A stretch of 64,000 nucleotides of DNA, from NCBI GenBank assembly GCA_010093605.1, contig MU004188.1, positions 127,673-191,672 of the forward strand. Reading direction: 5' to 3'. The notes under the pieces were generated by a model, which was given only the letters and a program-made list of their open reading frames with translations, was not told the DNA's origin and did no database searches. Below are positions 24,089 through 35,939 of the stretch, in pieces (the stretch's first letter is position 1; each line of letters starts with the position of its first letter). Both the position numbers and the translations under genes were made by a program. Source of the stretch: Lophium mytilinum. Taxonomy: Eukaryota.

Positions 24089-24309
24089 TCAATAAAAAGA
24101 GCCAGAGGAGGAGAGAGTGGTGATGGATGGGGGACGGAGCGCGATGTCGGATGAAGGTGTGGCGCTGCGCTAGCGGGCCGGAGTGGTTCCGATGTGGCAC
24201 GGACGGTGAATTCAGGGGTTCGCGGGTGCTGCACACTGCCACAGTCACACATATACACACATGATTCTTCTCCAGATTAGAAATGTGAACTTGCTGGCCT
24301 CCACATAAT

Positions 24310-25128
24310 CTAGGACTCAATTGACTTTCGCACCTCAAACGCGACCGGTCTTCCTAGAAAAAAATTGTCGTCGCTCCCACTATATTGGCCCCACAAATAT
24401 TTCAGATAGCATCGTCTCATGTGTCCATGCCATTTCTCATCCCCCTCCACCAGTACTGAACTCGCCTCTATCCACTTCAATATCACATCCGGAAAAGGAC
24501 CAAGCAGGAAAAGGACATGGGAGGGCTTCCCGAGCGGCCCCTCCTTATTCCAATAGAGCAAGAACAGGTCCCTCCTGCACATGGTAAAGTCTCGGATGAA
24601 TGTGACTTCAACATGGCGACGTTCTTTCTCTTTAGACGAGTCCAGAAATTGTTGCCATGCTTCAGCATGTCTCGAGTTGTGCTCGTCTGGAAGGCGAAGA
24701 TTTAGATCATTCCACGTCTGACGGAGACGAGGCACGTCAATGTGGGTAGGCTTCTCATAACCGTTGATACCAAAGCGGTAGTATCTTGGGTACGTGTCGT
24801 GAACGCGCGGTCTGAAGTTCTCGCCGTCGTAAGACAAGCATACGTCGACCAAGTTGTGTCTCTGCAAGCTTCTGGGGGTATCTCTGAGGCCATTGTCCCC
24901 TCCGCCTCTATCGCTCTTCTCACCTTCAGCACTCGTTTCGGTCCTTTGGTTACTTTTGTCTCTCTCGGCCTGAGGACAGTCGCGAGAGATATGCCCTCGT
25001 GTGCCGCAGTTGTGGCAAGCATCTTCAACGGTGCCAGCTCTGCTACCTGTAGGACATTCGCGAGCGGAGTGACCTTCCTGGCCACATTTATGGCACACAT
25101 TGTTGACGAGAACCTTCTTTGATGCCAT
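24310..25128 (-). CDS. Protein with two CCHC zinc knuckles plus an unrecognised C-terminal domain (272 aa)
   Basis: CHKCGQEGHSAREC and CHNCGTRGHISRDC both match CX2CX4HX4C; likely start MASKK at 25128; the C-terminal domain aligns with the neighbouring gene 25581-26105. Confidence 0.8.
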   Translation of the reverse strand: MASKKVLVNNVCHKCGQEGHSARECPTGSRAGTVEDACHNCGTRGHISRDCPQAERDKSNQRTETSAEGEKSDRGGGDNGLRDTPRSLQRHNLVDVCLSYDGENFRPRVHDTYPRYYRFGINGYEKPTHIDVPRLRQTWNDLNLRLPDEHNSRHAEAWQQFLDSSKEKERRHVEVTFIRDFTMCRRDLFLLYWNKEGPLGKPSHVLFLLGPFPDVILKWIEASSVLVEGDEKWHGHMRRCYLKYLWGQYSGSDDNFFLGRPVAFEVRKSIES

Positions 25129-25580
25129 CGATGCGTAATAGTTCTCTTCCAATTTGCTGCTTCGCAAAGGCCTACTGATGATCCAGTTGAGATTTCGACC
25201 TCGATAGTTCTCGTGGACTAGTCCTTTATATTGGAGTAACACTAGGTTTGACCACGGTGTAGGACAAGCTGTAAGACAAACCCTAATGAAAGGGCGGAGT
25301 AAGCACTTTCGGGCTATATTATTATGCATTTAAGTCTTCTTCAGATGATACGCGGTGTCTATTGCAACTGTTCTAATTGCTTCACGATGCAAACTGCGCC
25401 CAATCGAAAAAAGATGCGGAGGAAAGCTTGCAGCAATCAAAACCCAAACGTCGAAGTGCCGTCTCGGCACATAGAGGAATTGTAGACAACTAGGAAAAAC
25501 TCACCATTTAAGGAACTCCTTGACCCCAAGAGTCATCCTACTACTAGCAAGCCTCCATAGTATCGTTCAATTTACTTCTC

Positions 25581-26105
25581 ATGGCTTCCACCAACGCAGA
25601 ACCCAAAACCCGTATTCTCGTGCCGCAGGCACTCGAAGAGGGCGCAAAACCTCAAATTCCCGATGCCCCTACTGTAGATTACGCGGAAGTCGCAATTGGT
25701 GCAACCAATACCGACTTGCACGCCTTCCGCAGGCTCTGGAATGACGAGCTTCGTCTTCCTATGCTGAACGCAGCTTGGGAGGAAATGATCAAATCATCAA
25801 GCAACAACTTTATGTTGAACTTCATAGCGGTTATGAACTTTACCTGCGATGGTAGGCCCTTGGTCACCTTTGTGTGGCAGGACAATGATGAGAAATTGGA
25901 GCCTATTCGTCATGCCGTGTACCTGGTGGGCCAAATTCCGTCTGAAATGATGAATTGGCTGTTTTACAGGTTGAAATATGGAGGGATGCCAAAAGACAAG
26001 TTTGATCGGCTTAGCAAACTGTATGCGGCGGATTTGGAGGCGGGGAAGGTGCATTGTTTCCAAGACGAGCAGGCCGTTCCTGAGAAAGTCGGGTTGGAGG
26101 AGTAG
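25581..26105 (+). CDS. Hypothetical protein (174 aa), paralogous to the C-terminal domain of the divergent CCHC gene
   Basis: Intact ORF; colinear motif similarity with 24310-25128 (WND-LRLP, AW, FT..R.L...W, H...L.G..P.....W). Confidence 0.75.
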   Translation: MASTNAEPKTRILVPQALEEGAKPQIPDAPTVDYAEVAIGATNTDLHAFRRLWNDELRLPMLNAAWEEMIKSSSNNFMLNFIAVMNFTCDGRPLVTFVWQDNDEKLEPIRHAVYLVGQIPSEMMNWLFYRLKYGGMPKDKFDRLSKLYAADLEAGKVHCFQDEQAVPEKVGLEE

Positions 26106-26565
26106 CAATTCAGTGAGTAGCAAAAATTCGACATGCTTTAGGTCTACTAGTAGCTTCGAATTCTGGGTTGTGATTAAAGTATATGTCTCTGGGTCAGTGA
26201 CGTGCTACATATGAGAGATGTTTGCGAGTCCTCCGTTGGTCCCGGAAAGTAAGGGATAGCTGATGCTTGTATCAGATTTCCCGAAACTCTCTACTGCATG
26301 CCACCGTCATGTGAGATCGAAAGCATGAGGAGTCGAGATCGCATGGTCTTCAGTACATCCAAGTCAAAACGCAGACGGCCGTGATCAAAAGAGTCGCCGA
26401 GGGGACAGGAGCGAGAACACGACTAATCCCCAGCGGCAATTCGTGGGCACATAACTAGAGAAGCTCTAAAATAACGCAGGAGAAGTGGATAATTCATAGA
26501 TAATAGCGTCAACGCGGAATTGTCCTTTAACTGCCCCATCCATCTTGCTTACAAGCCCTTCCAAT

Positions 26566-29500
26566 CTACTTCTTCTTAAACAGCTTGCCCCACCCCCCAA
26601 ACACACTCTTAACCCCATTCGCATGACAATAAAACGTTGTGAAAAACAAACAAATATTGAAACAGATATACGCCGCCATGAACGCCGCGTTACGCCAGCG
26701 ATCGTCCCATGAAATGTTAACAGCCGTTAGATACGAATCCGCAACCCCAAATTTACAGAACTCGCAATTTTTCGTAGCCTTCGGGTTGTAAAGAGCGGCC
26801 ATCGTCCCATTCACGAACGCGCCTGCGTATTTTCCGCACGACATTCCCTTCGGCGGTTGGAAGATGTTGACCTCAGCAGCAGAGCACCGGACAGGGACTT
26901 CGTGGGTACCGGTGGACATCATGGCGGAGACAAGCCACGTGAAGGGGGAGACGTAGTACGCGAAATGCCAAAATTTGACAAGAGAGGCCAGTGGTTGCAC
27001 GACGCCGTTGAACGCGAGGATGAAGGTGTAGAAGAGGATTGTCATCATGGCGGCGGTGTCGGCGTTGGGGCAAACCATGGCGATGGCTTGTGCGAAGGTG
27101 GTGTGGTAGATTTGGTAAAGCATGCTACAGAAGGATGTTAGAAGCTAAGAAACTTCGTCAGAGAGAAATGAAAACTTACAAAATGAACCAGATAAAAAGA
27201 CCGCGTCCGGGCGTGACTTGAGAGTTGCGGTACCACCCGACAGGGAAGTACCAGCTGATGAAGCCGACGGAAGAGATGACGAAGTTGAAAGGAATCTCCA
27301 CGATGATGTTCGCTATCACGAAGGTGGTCCAGTGGTACATTTTCGAGTGGCGCTCGCGGACTTCGTATAGGTCGCGAATGACAAGGAGACGGGGCTGGAG
27401 GAGTACGATGAGAATGAGACAGAGGAGGAGGATCATGAAGACGGCGAAAGTCTTGTTCTGAAGTCCTTGAATTGAGGTGTTTTCATGGAAAAAGGTGAAA
27501 CCAATAAACAAGCCCCCGCCTAGGTTGATCAGGAACTTGCTGTTGAGATAAACCGGGGACCGCCAAGCTTGTTGGAAGAGACGTTTTTGCACGGCGAAGA
27601 ACTGAGTGAACCAGGATGTGGCAAAATCGGTGGTTTTGTCGGCCTCCATTTTCCCTTCCGGATCTATGCGCTTGTTGAACTGGAATTTGCTGTCTAGTCC
27701 TTGATACTTGTTTTGGAGTCTTGGTGCTCTAATGGCTCGGATTCGTGAAGTCACAGCAGCACACTCTGGGGAGGCTTTCCAAACCTCTGCCCAGTCTGCC
27801 ATCGCTGTCTGAGTTGCTCCAGCACCGACCACATCTAAGATATACTCGGCTGAGTTCGCCGTGGGGTCACAAGGTGGGGCTCCGTGTCTTTCGAAGTAGT
27901 CGGTAGCAATTTTGGAATTTTGTCCTAGATCCCCAAAGTATGCCGTCTTTCCTCCTCTGGAAAGAACAAGAAGGCGATCAAACTCCTCAAACAAGGTAGC
28001 GGACGGCTGATGAATGGTGCAGAGGATTGCTTGCCCTGCATTTGCAAGTTCACGAAGGAACTTCATGATCGATGTCGCTGATTGAGAGTCCAGACCCGAG
28101 GTGGGTTCGTCGAGGAAAAGTAGCAGTGTTGGTTTAGCGACAAGCTCGAGACCGATAGTTATGCGCTTTCTCTTCTCCGCACTAAGGCCATCCTCAGTGG
28201 TTCCGATCACGGAATCAGCGTAATGCTGCATTCCTAGTGCTGCGATAATATTTTCGACGTATGCGTACTTCTCTGAGACCGGAACTTCTTTACCCTGCCG
28301 TAGGAGTGCAGAGAATCGGAAGGTTTCTCGAACGGTCATTTCCGCGAGATGCACGTCTTGCTGTTGAACGTAGCCGGTTCGCCGCTGGAAAGACCTGTCG
28401 AGTGGCGATCCGTTGACTAGCATGTCACCAGATATGACTCCCATAGAGACTCTCTGAGCAAGTACATTGAGTAAGGTGGTTTTGCCCGCTCCCGAGGCCC
28501 CCACGAGAGCTGTAAGTGTGCCTAATAGAACGTCAGTTACATGAGTTTGTCGAGGGCGAGCGCAACTAGCCAACCACGTACCTGGCTCTACGAATCCTTG
28601 TACGTTGTCCAAAAGGCGACGGGGAACTCCCTTGATCTCGATGTCGTAGCATAGATTTCGCCAGCAGAAAATGTCGTTGCTTCTTTCGATAGAGATGGAT
28701 TCTCTCTTTTCTTCTGCGATAACGTCTAGTTCGAAAGCTCGATGGGGCTGTTCGATGTCGCGCTTGCGAGGATTTCCATTGCCCTTCTGGGAGCCTTTGC
28801 TGGTCTTGCGAAAGACTAGCCACTCACTCTTCGCGGAGGCTGGTTTCTTGTACTCAACTGCCAATGCCGACGTGATGGTGAAAAAGACGAAGAAGGCGAT
28901 GCAAACGGCCAGATTTCGCCAGACGTGGGAGTACTCGAAGTCGAACGACAGCTTGACGTATTCGTCTCCAGAAACAAAGGCCTGGCCTGGCTTCGCGCCG
29001 ACTACCGCGCAAACCTGGTTTGCAAGCTTGACGTGCTCGTACCCAGGACCAGAGGGAACTAGCATTGTGCATGGAGCTTTCCGGCCGTGGAACTCGACGG
29101 CCATTTGAGCCTCGTTGGCATAGTATACTGGATTGATATCTGAAGAAGTAATTAAATTAGTAGCTTCTCGTGAAAGGACGATATTTGGACGTACATGAAA
29201 TCCACTTGAACCATGGATGCATCGAAGGGCGCGGGATGACGTAGCCACTGTATATTGCCAGCGGAAGCATAGCCAGACCTGTACATGCCAACGCGGTTTC
29301 CATGGAATTGACGAGAGTCGCAATGGTTCGAAATAACCCCGTCATTGATATCGATATGATATAAGTGAAGGCCATGAAGATGAAAAGCGGGCCAGCTTCT
29401 CGTTTCAAATGGGCAACGAAGTAGACAATCGCGCTGAACATAGCGACATTGAAAAACTTGAGTGGGTACTGTACAACTCCTGTGGCCAATGAGTCCACGA

Positions 29501-31666
29501 AAGGGTGGTACATGGCATATGAATTCTGCTTCTCGACGATAGGCCTCTGCGCAAACTGAGCGCTAGTTTCGGCGAAATTGATGATGACGTTGAAGAGAAG
29601 CGAAAAGAATATCATCCCGCCCCTGGAGAGGAATCCGGAAGCATCCTCAGGTATGTTATAGAACATGCTTCCGATGATGATTGGTATAACCACCATCGTG
29701 GTGGTCATGACGAGATAATAGATCCAGTTGCCTAAAAGTCGTTGATAACCACGATTCAACGTGATGAGAAATTGCATGCCAAGATTGAGGGTATATGCGG
29801 AGTGGTTTCGTGTGAATGGCGTCTTCTCCACGACCTGATGGTCTTTCAAGCGTTGATAAGAATCTTCATCATCCTCGGGAAATCGGTGCTCTTGCTCGCT
29901 GAACGCAGACAGCATCTGTTTATAAGCGGCGCTGGATTTCCAGATTCTCACGAATTCTTCCGCATTGCGGGGCACTCGATGCTGATAGCCTTGTCTCACG
30001 CGCGCAGACTTTGGATCTGTGATTGAGATCAGAAACTCGGCAGTCGTTTGCCTGGGCAGGGCTTCGAAGCCCATTGCCGTGAAGTATTTACGAGCGTCGT
30101 CGATCTCTCCGAACCAGATTTGATGGCCTTGGTAAAGGAGGGTGACTTTGTCGTAAATTTCTGCCAATGCCTCTCCAGGCTGGTACAATGCTGATATCGA
30201 GACGTTGCCAGTCAAATTTGTGGCTACTCGCAGTGCCTGCGCAAACTCCAGTGACGTTGAAGAGTCGAGACCGCGGGTCGGATTGTCCCAGCAAGTGACG
30301 GAGGCACGAGTCATCAACTTTGAAGTGTCAGCCCAACGAGCTTCAGGTAATTAAATATTTGATAATGAAATGAGAAGCTTACCATCTCAGCAATGGTGAC
30401 TCGCCTCCGCTCTCCGCCAGATACACCTCTGATGAAGTCATCCCCAACCCTAGTCTGGAAGGTGTGACGAAGGCCGAAAGCGGTCCCAATGATTTCCGTT
30501 ATTCTTTTCGCATACTCCGTTCTCGAGATCCCGTCGATGCGCTGGTGGGGCGTCTTGCTTTTGGCAGCGAAGTCAAGTGTTTGGCCGACAGTGAGCTCGG
30601 GAAAGTGACTCTCAATCGCCCCATTGTAAACGACACTTCCGCGGAAACGCTCCATGACTTTCGTAATGGAGATACCGCTACAGCGAATGGCTCCTTTCTT
30701 TTTGCTGTATCCATCAGTCTGGCCGGCGAGGGTCTTCAAAAGAGTAGTGCAACCACTTCCTGGACTGGATACAACAGTTATTATAAGATCTCAAAGACCA
30801 GTACGGCATGTTTCTTACCCTCCTAGCACCAGAAGCATCTCTCCCTCGTTTAGCACTCCATCTATACCGTGCAGTATCTCCTTCTGGGGATTCTTTCGCC
30901 AAATTCCTCTGGCAGACTTATACAAGTCGCTAAATACGGTTGAGACGTCGCTCTGTGCTCTGGAGCCAACATCTTCTCCGTATACCTTGACGTTCTTCCA
31001 TCGCATGCAAATTCGAGGCGATAGACCCGTGCCGTTCCCGCTGATTCCTTCCACTGCAGATCGGAGCTTCCGTTCGAATGTCCATTCTGATTCAGCAATA
31101 TCGAGTGGATCTGCAAGCGTGACTCGTCGCGAGAGTCTCCTGATCGTTTCTGCTACTGGCCTTTGACGAGTAGAATCAGTAAGAGTGAGCGAATCCTTGA
31201 GATTGTAGTCGGGTTGGTATGTATGTCCAACGCCTTCATCGAGGCCTTGCCAGGTGTCTCGCCGGGTGAGTCTCCGAAGGGTGTCTGATATGGGTCGCTT
31301 GGAGGGATCCTCGGGAAGATCTGGAAGATCGGCCCAGGTCGTTCGACGCGAGAGTCTGGAAGAAAAGGTCGGGGAAAGGTACTCCTGCCGTGACTCTCGG
31401 TTTGATTGAGTTGTCTTATTTTGCGGCTCTGGTGACACTAATATTTGCGGGAGAGGTCTTGATCCTGGATGGAGAAAATCTCTGCCAGCCGCGGATTCAA
31501 GATCTGAGTGGAGAGTTCCATTCCTGCCGGTGTCTCTGACCAGATTTGCGTCCTCTGAGTATCTTGAATGTGTCGTGTGGGTCGGAGAGACCGTTAATGT
31601 TGAGCTCCGTGAAGCATACCTCGCAATTATATCCTCGATGTCTGGCATAGTAGCCGGGAACGACAT
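26566..31666 (-). CDS. Full-size PDR-type (ABCG) transporter, NBD-TMD-NBD-TMD, multi-exon
   Basis: NBD1 degenerate Walker A GG|PGSGCTT, VSGGERRR, CWDNPTRGLD; TMD1; PxWFKWI..INPVYYA loop; NBD2 GASGAGKTT, GYVQQQD, LSAEKRKR, LLFLDEPTSGLD; TMD2 ending RWRN. Introns near 30765-30818, 30319-30381, ~29140-29194, ~28522-28581, ~27128-27179 (approximate). Confidence 0.95.
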
Positions 31667-33590
31667 GGTGAAAGATAAGAATCGGAGAATAGATAAAGGC
31701 ACTGGCCACAAGAGACAGCCCAGCGGAACGCTCTTATAAGGACACAGATCTTTGGACCAAAGGAATCAAGGAGCAATTCCCGGGCAAAGGAAACAGGAAT
31801 GTGTGCCCCCCTAGGGCTCGTCACAGGTGGATCTAAAAGAACCCCGAGTATCAGGGTAGGACGTTCGTGCTGGCCCATGATCAAGTTTCGCGTTGAGCAC
31901 CAAGTTTCTTTCGTCCATTCACGCAAAGGCTTATTTCTGGCCACTGAGTGATAGAGATCCACACACTATGCTAACGCTAATCCAAGAGGCGAAATGCAGG
32001 AATCAGTCCGCTCTGGGGTCAGTCGCAGGTGGATCCAGGTGGATCCTGGGCGTCATGTCAGAACACTCGTGCAGGATAGCGATAGAGACCTTACCAGACC
32101 CTGGTGAAGTTTCAGCTAGTGTCCAAATACAGCTACCGCACTATAGTACAGTATGCGTGGGTGTGAGGGTATTTTTGAGGCGTTGACCGCCGGCGGCTTC
32201 TGCAGCCACATGTCCAGGGCTGAATGGCAAGGGTCTTTGACCCCTCAATATCCTAGGGCGTCAATACACCCCTGAGCAGATCCTATTTGAAACATCTGGA
32301 GCATGTCCCTCGATTTTGTTTGGTGGTTTATGGGCAAAATTGCAAAGGTGGGTATGTTTTCTTTCTTCAATTTTGTTTAGAAAGCAAGATTGATCAACTT
32401 TGTCAGTCGAAAGAACGTTGCCCACAAACGCAAACTGACGTACAAGTGTGGACTTCCAGTTTACCTAAAAAGTACGTCGGTTCCGAGAGTCCAAGCTGCT
32501 TACTGGTGTCGCGCCCGGATAGCTTGGCGCTTGTGGATCCTCTGCCGGGCTCCGTATCCAGAGCTCCACAACTCCACAATCGCTATCACGACCGATTGGC
32601 GAATGTAACGTCTCTTTAAACCCTAGGAAGATCATATCAAAAGGGTTCTGATTGTAGATCGGTCCTTTAAAATTAAGAGTATACGGCTTCCTGGCGCTTC
32701 CTTTTGGACCTCTGAGTTGCCAGGCTCGTCCGATTGCGACACTCAGTGATTCAAAGTTTATTCCAGTCCAGGAACCCGGGCTCTGATCATCCATTTTACT
32801 GCTGCCACTTTACCACCAAAAATGGCCCCTGCAGCACCATCAAGGTTGGCACGTCCGGATCTTCGACCGACGTCAGAAATAGTACAGCGCGGGCGTTGCC
32901 GGTCATCATCCGCGTTATTACTTCGATGTTAGAATCTTCTTGTGATTGAAAACAACAGCTTCGTAAAATGTCTAAATCTCATGGAATGGCGAAGGCTGCA
33001 AAATTTACATTTCAGCACGTCGCAACTTTCCAGATGGCACTAGGCGTGATAAGTAGTGGACGATATCTGTGAGCAACCACTATTTTGTGAGGCAATACTC
33101 TGCGTGGTATATCACGACTGCGTGTAAGGAGAAGGGGGCGACTAGTACCTGCACTAGAAATGGTTGTTACCGCCTAGGTGTATTTGAAATCATGAGGCTC
33201 TTAGTAGTGTCAGGTGAAAGGCGCTATCAGCTTTTACGTGATGAAACCAGCCTCATCAGATGAGATCAATGGTGGGCATAGTGGTGATATGGACGGGCGC
33301 GCTCTCGAGAACCATGATTGGAGATCTTATTGATGGTGCCGTAGTATAATCCGCCCGCAGGAGCTCGTGTGTATGGAGCAAGAATGTGCTAAAAGCGGTC
33401 AGTAATATTATCTCAGAGTTATTTAGGGGCGACCGAAACGAGTCCGACCACCGCGGAAAAGCACATGAAAGGGATAGGCCGAAAACTAAAAAAGATTTGA
33501 GAAAGTATTGGCCAGGCGTGCTCCTTACGGGACAGATCTGACAGAAAAACACCATACCCTGTAACCTCAACCCCGTCCGAACCCCACGTT

Positions 33591-35095
33591 TCAGATTTTC
33601 GAGTGAGCAGTGCGTACTCGCCGCCTCCTCCCAATTTTGCCTACTCCAGCATTTGCCAGGACGTTGGTCTTCACTGCGGTATCTGACAGCGCCGGCGGGC
33701 TATGGTAATCCGAAAACTTAGCCAACATACCAGTCGCGTCTCCATTGAAATTGCCACTGTTTTGCAATAAGTTCTTCGCGCAATCATGGCCCAAGTAGGG
33801 TTTGCAGCGCGCATTCATGGCCGCATTTGGAGACGTAAACACCAGTCCCTGCACTGGTTCCATCAAAGTAGTTTTGACGCTCTCAAAGACATTTCCTTCC
33901 GCAACGACCTGGCCACCTGCAAGGATGTCGAAGGCATGGCCCGTGTTATCGGCGAAGAGATTATTGACCTGTCAGAAAAGATCAGCGGCTGGGTCTTTCA
34001 GGAACGTAGGCGCCGGATGCGGGGTGCAGGAGTCCATGAAGCTGAAACATGTAGCTTACTGCATGGAGTAGAGTGTTGCCGCCGACCTTCGGGCTGCGAC
34101 TACTCATATGATGCATGTAGTTTCCAGCCAACGTGATCTGGTCGCTTGACCCTAGCAGCAGCATACCCCAGTAGTGATGTCCGTCACAGCTTGCAGACCA
34201 TCTAGTACTGCCGTCGAAATCGCAATTGGATATGGTAACACGATTGGATGGCGCGTACCCAGATACGAAGTGTTGGCGGCCGATGTGAGAGATCTAGTGA
34301 CCGGTTTAGCAACGTTGAAAGGATCGTGTAGCAGGAGCTAGGAATTACGGAAAGAAAGAGGCATGCTACATACCTTGACGTGGTCGATCCATACAAGGTC
34401 GGTGCCAGCAAGCGTGATGGCGTCCCCACCCCAAATATAGCGGGGATTGAGGTGCGTGATGTGGATGTTCCTGCAAAAGTCAGCAGTGCGATAGAAGAGA
34501 TTTAGCAGCCCTCACTTACTGAATTATCACATTCTGTGCCCCATTGGCAATTCGAAGTCCCTTCCCTCGAATGACGCCTTTCTTGCCATCTCCAATTATT
34601 GACTTGTTGGATCCAACATTGATACCTTGAGTAGCAGCCTTGTCGTATGTAACGGAGATTTTAGGGTAGGATTCATCACACCTACTTGATCAGCCGGTCG
34701 CCCTCATCCGCTTGAAAGAACGTACCAATTGTTTGCATTTATGGCATCCTGTCCGCCGTGCCCAGGACACGTGTTTGAACTAGGTCGACATCCAGCACCC
34801 GTCACGGTACCCTCGCTGCCAGCGTAGTCATATCTTGATTATGTTAACGCCGTAGAAATAGAGGACTAACGCAATAAGTAGGCACAACATACGTCCTGTC
34901 TAGTACTATCACCCGAGGAACATTGTCCGTAAGCCATGCCGTGAGCTGGGCGATGTCGGCAGGATACTGCGGAGTTGCAGAACCGCCGCCAGTCGTTCCC
35001 ACCGCAAATCCCACCGGAGAGCCAACCACGCCCACTGCTTCGACAGACCTGGCATAGCCGGAGAAGGCCAGTAATGAGATGATGAAAAAACGCAT
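33591..35095 (-). CDS. Secreted pectin lyase (polysaccharide lyase family 1), 6 exons
   Basis: Signal peptide [105 protein letters not shown]. Exons join in frame. Confidence 0.93.
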
Positions 35096-35939
35096 GATGG
35101 AACGAGGAATTCTCAGATCGCAGCGTTCAAAGAAAGAGCGGCTTTGAACGCCATGTTTATATGAAGATCTCAAAACATGCCGCAAAGTGAGAAATGAGAA
35201 CAAAATCGAGGAGAAGTGCACGTTCTCTTAGCTGTTTCGATTTAGTAAATATCCAGTCAAAGCTTCACGAGAGGGCCACAGCTAGCCATAACTCCTGTGT
35301 CCTTGGGGGCTCCAGAACACTAAAAGGAAAAGGCTTCTCCGCGTCGGAGTACCTCCGTGGTATCGACTCGGGAGCGGCTGCGCTACAGGGCGGGAGCGCG
35401 TCCATTCCTAGAAGGTCTACGAGCCGCGATGGCGGAGGCAATCTCGCATCTCGGTAGGGCTTGAGGCGAGTGTTACATATTTCGCGAGCGGTATATCGTG
35501 GAGACGGGAGGACATCTATCTTTGGAAGGTCGCTGAGGCTCAATTGCAAAGGGCTTCGCGGGAAGTTAGGGCTTGAGGCGGGTGTTTCGAAGATCGCGGC
35601 ATGGCGTTTTGGTGTTGATGGAAATGAAGGGCGCTAGAAAGAGCCAGGTTAGTGTGGAGATAGGGGTATCGACGTCACGGCTCACGAAATTCATCTGCCG
35701 TCACCACGATGAACTCGTTATGCGATCTAGATGTTAATCTAGGTGGGCTATGTTTCCTTAATATCTTTCCCGGAGACACGTTGACTTGATGGCACACACA
35801 AGACACTGTGGCCTCAACAGTTCGCAGCGAAGCCCAATTGAAAACCGAAAATGTGCGCTTTGACTGGAACATTTACTACATGTGTGGCTCGTCCAGTTCT
35901 CTCAATCGGATGAACTCCTCATCCAAAGCGACTGGTGGA

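Noticed and set aside
24310..25329. CCHC ORF as a retrotransposon gag
   Set aside because: No protease, RT or integrase ORF and no LTRs nearby; the C-terminal domain matches the neighbouring gene instead.
33591..33632. Basic tail after NAGVGKI in the pectin lyase
   Set aside because: A short extension that a lost stop codon would explain; the catalytic motifs are intact.
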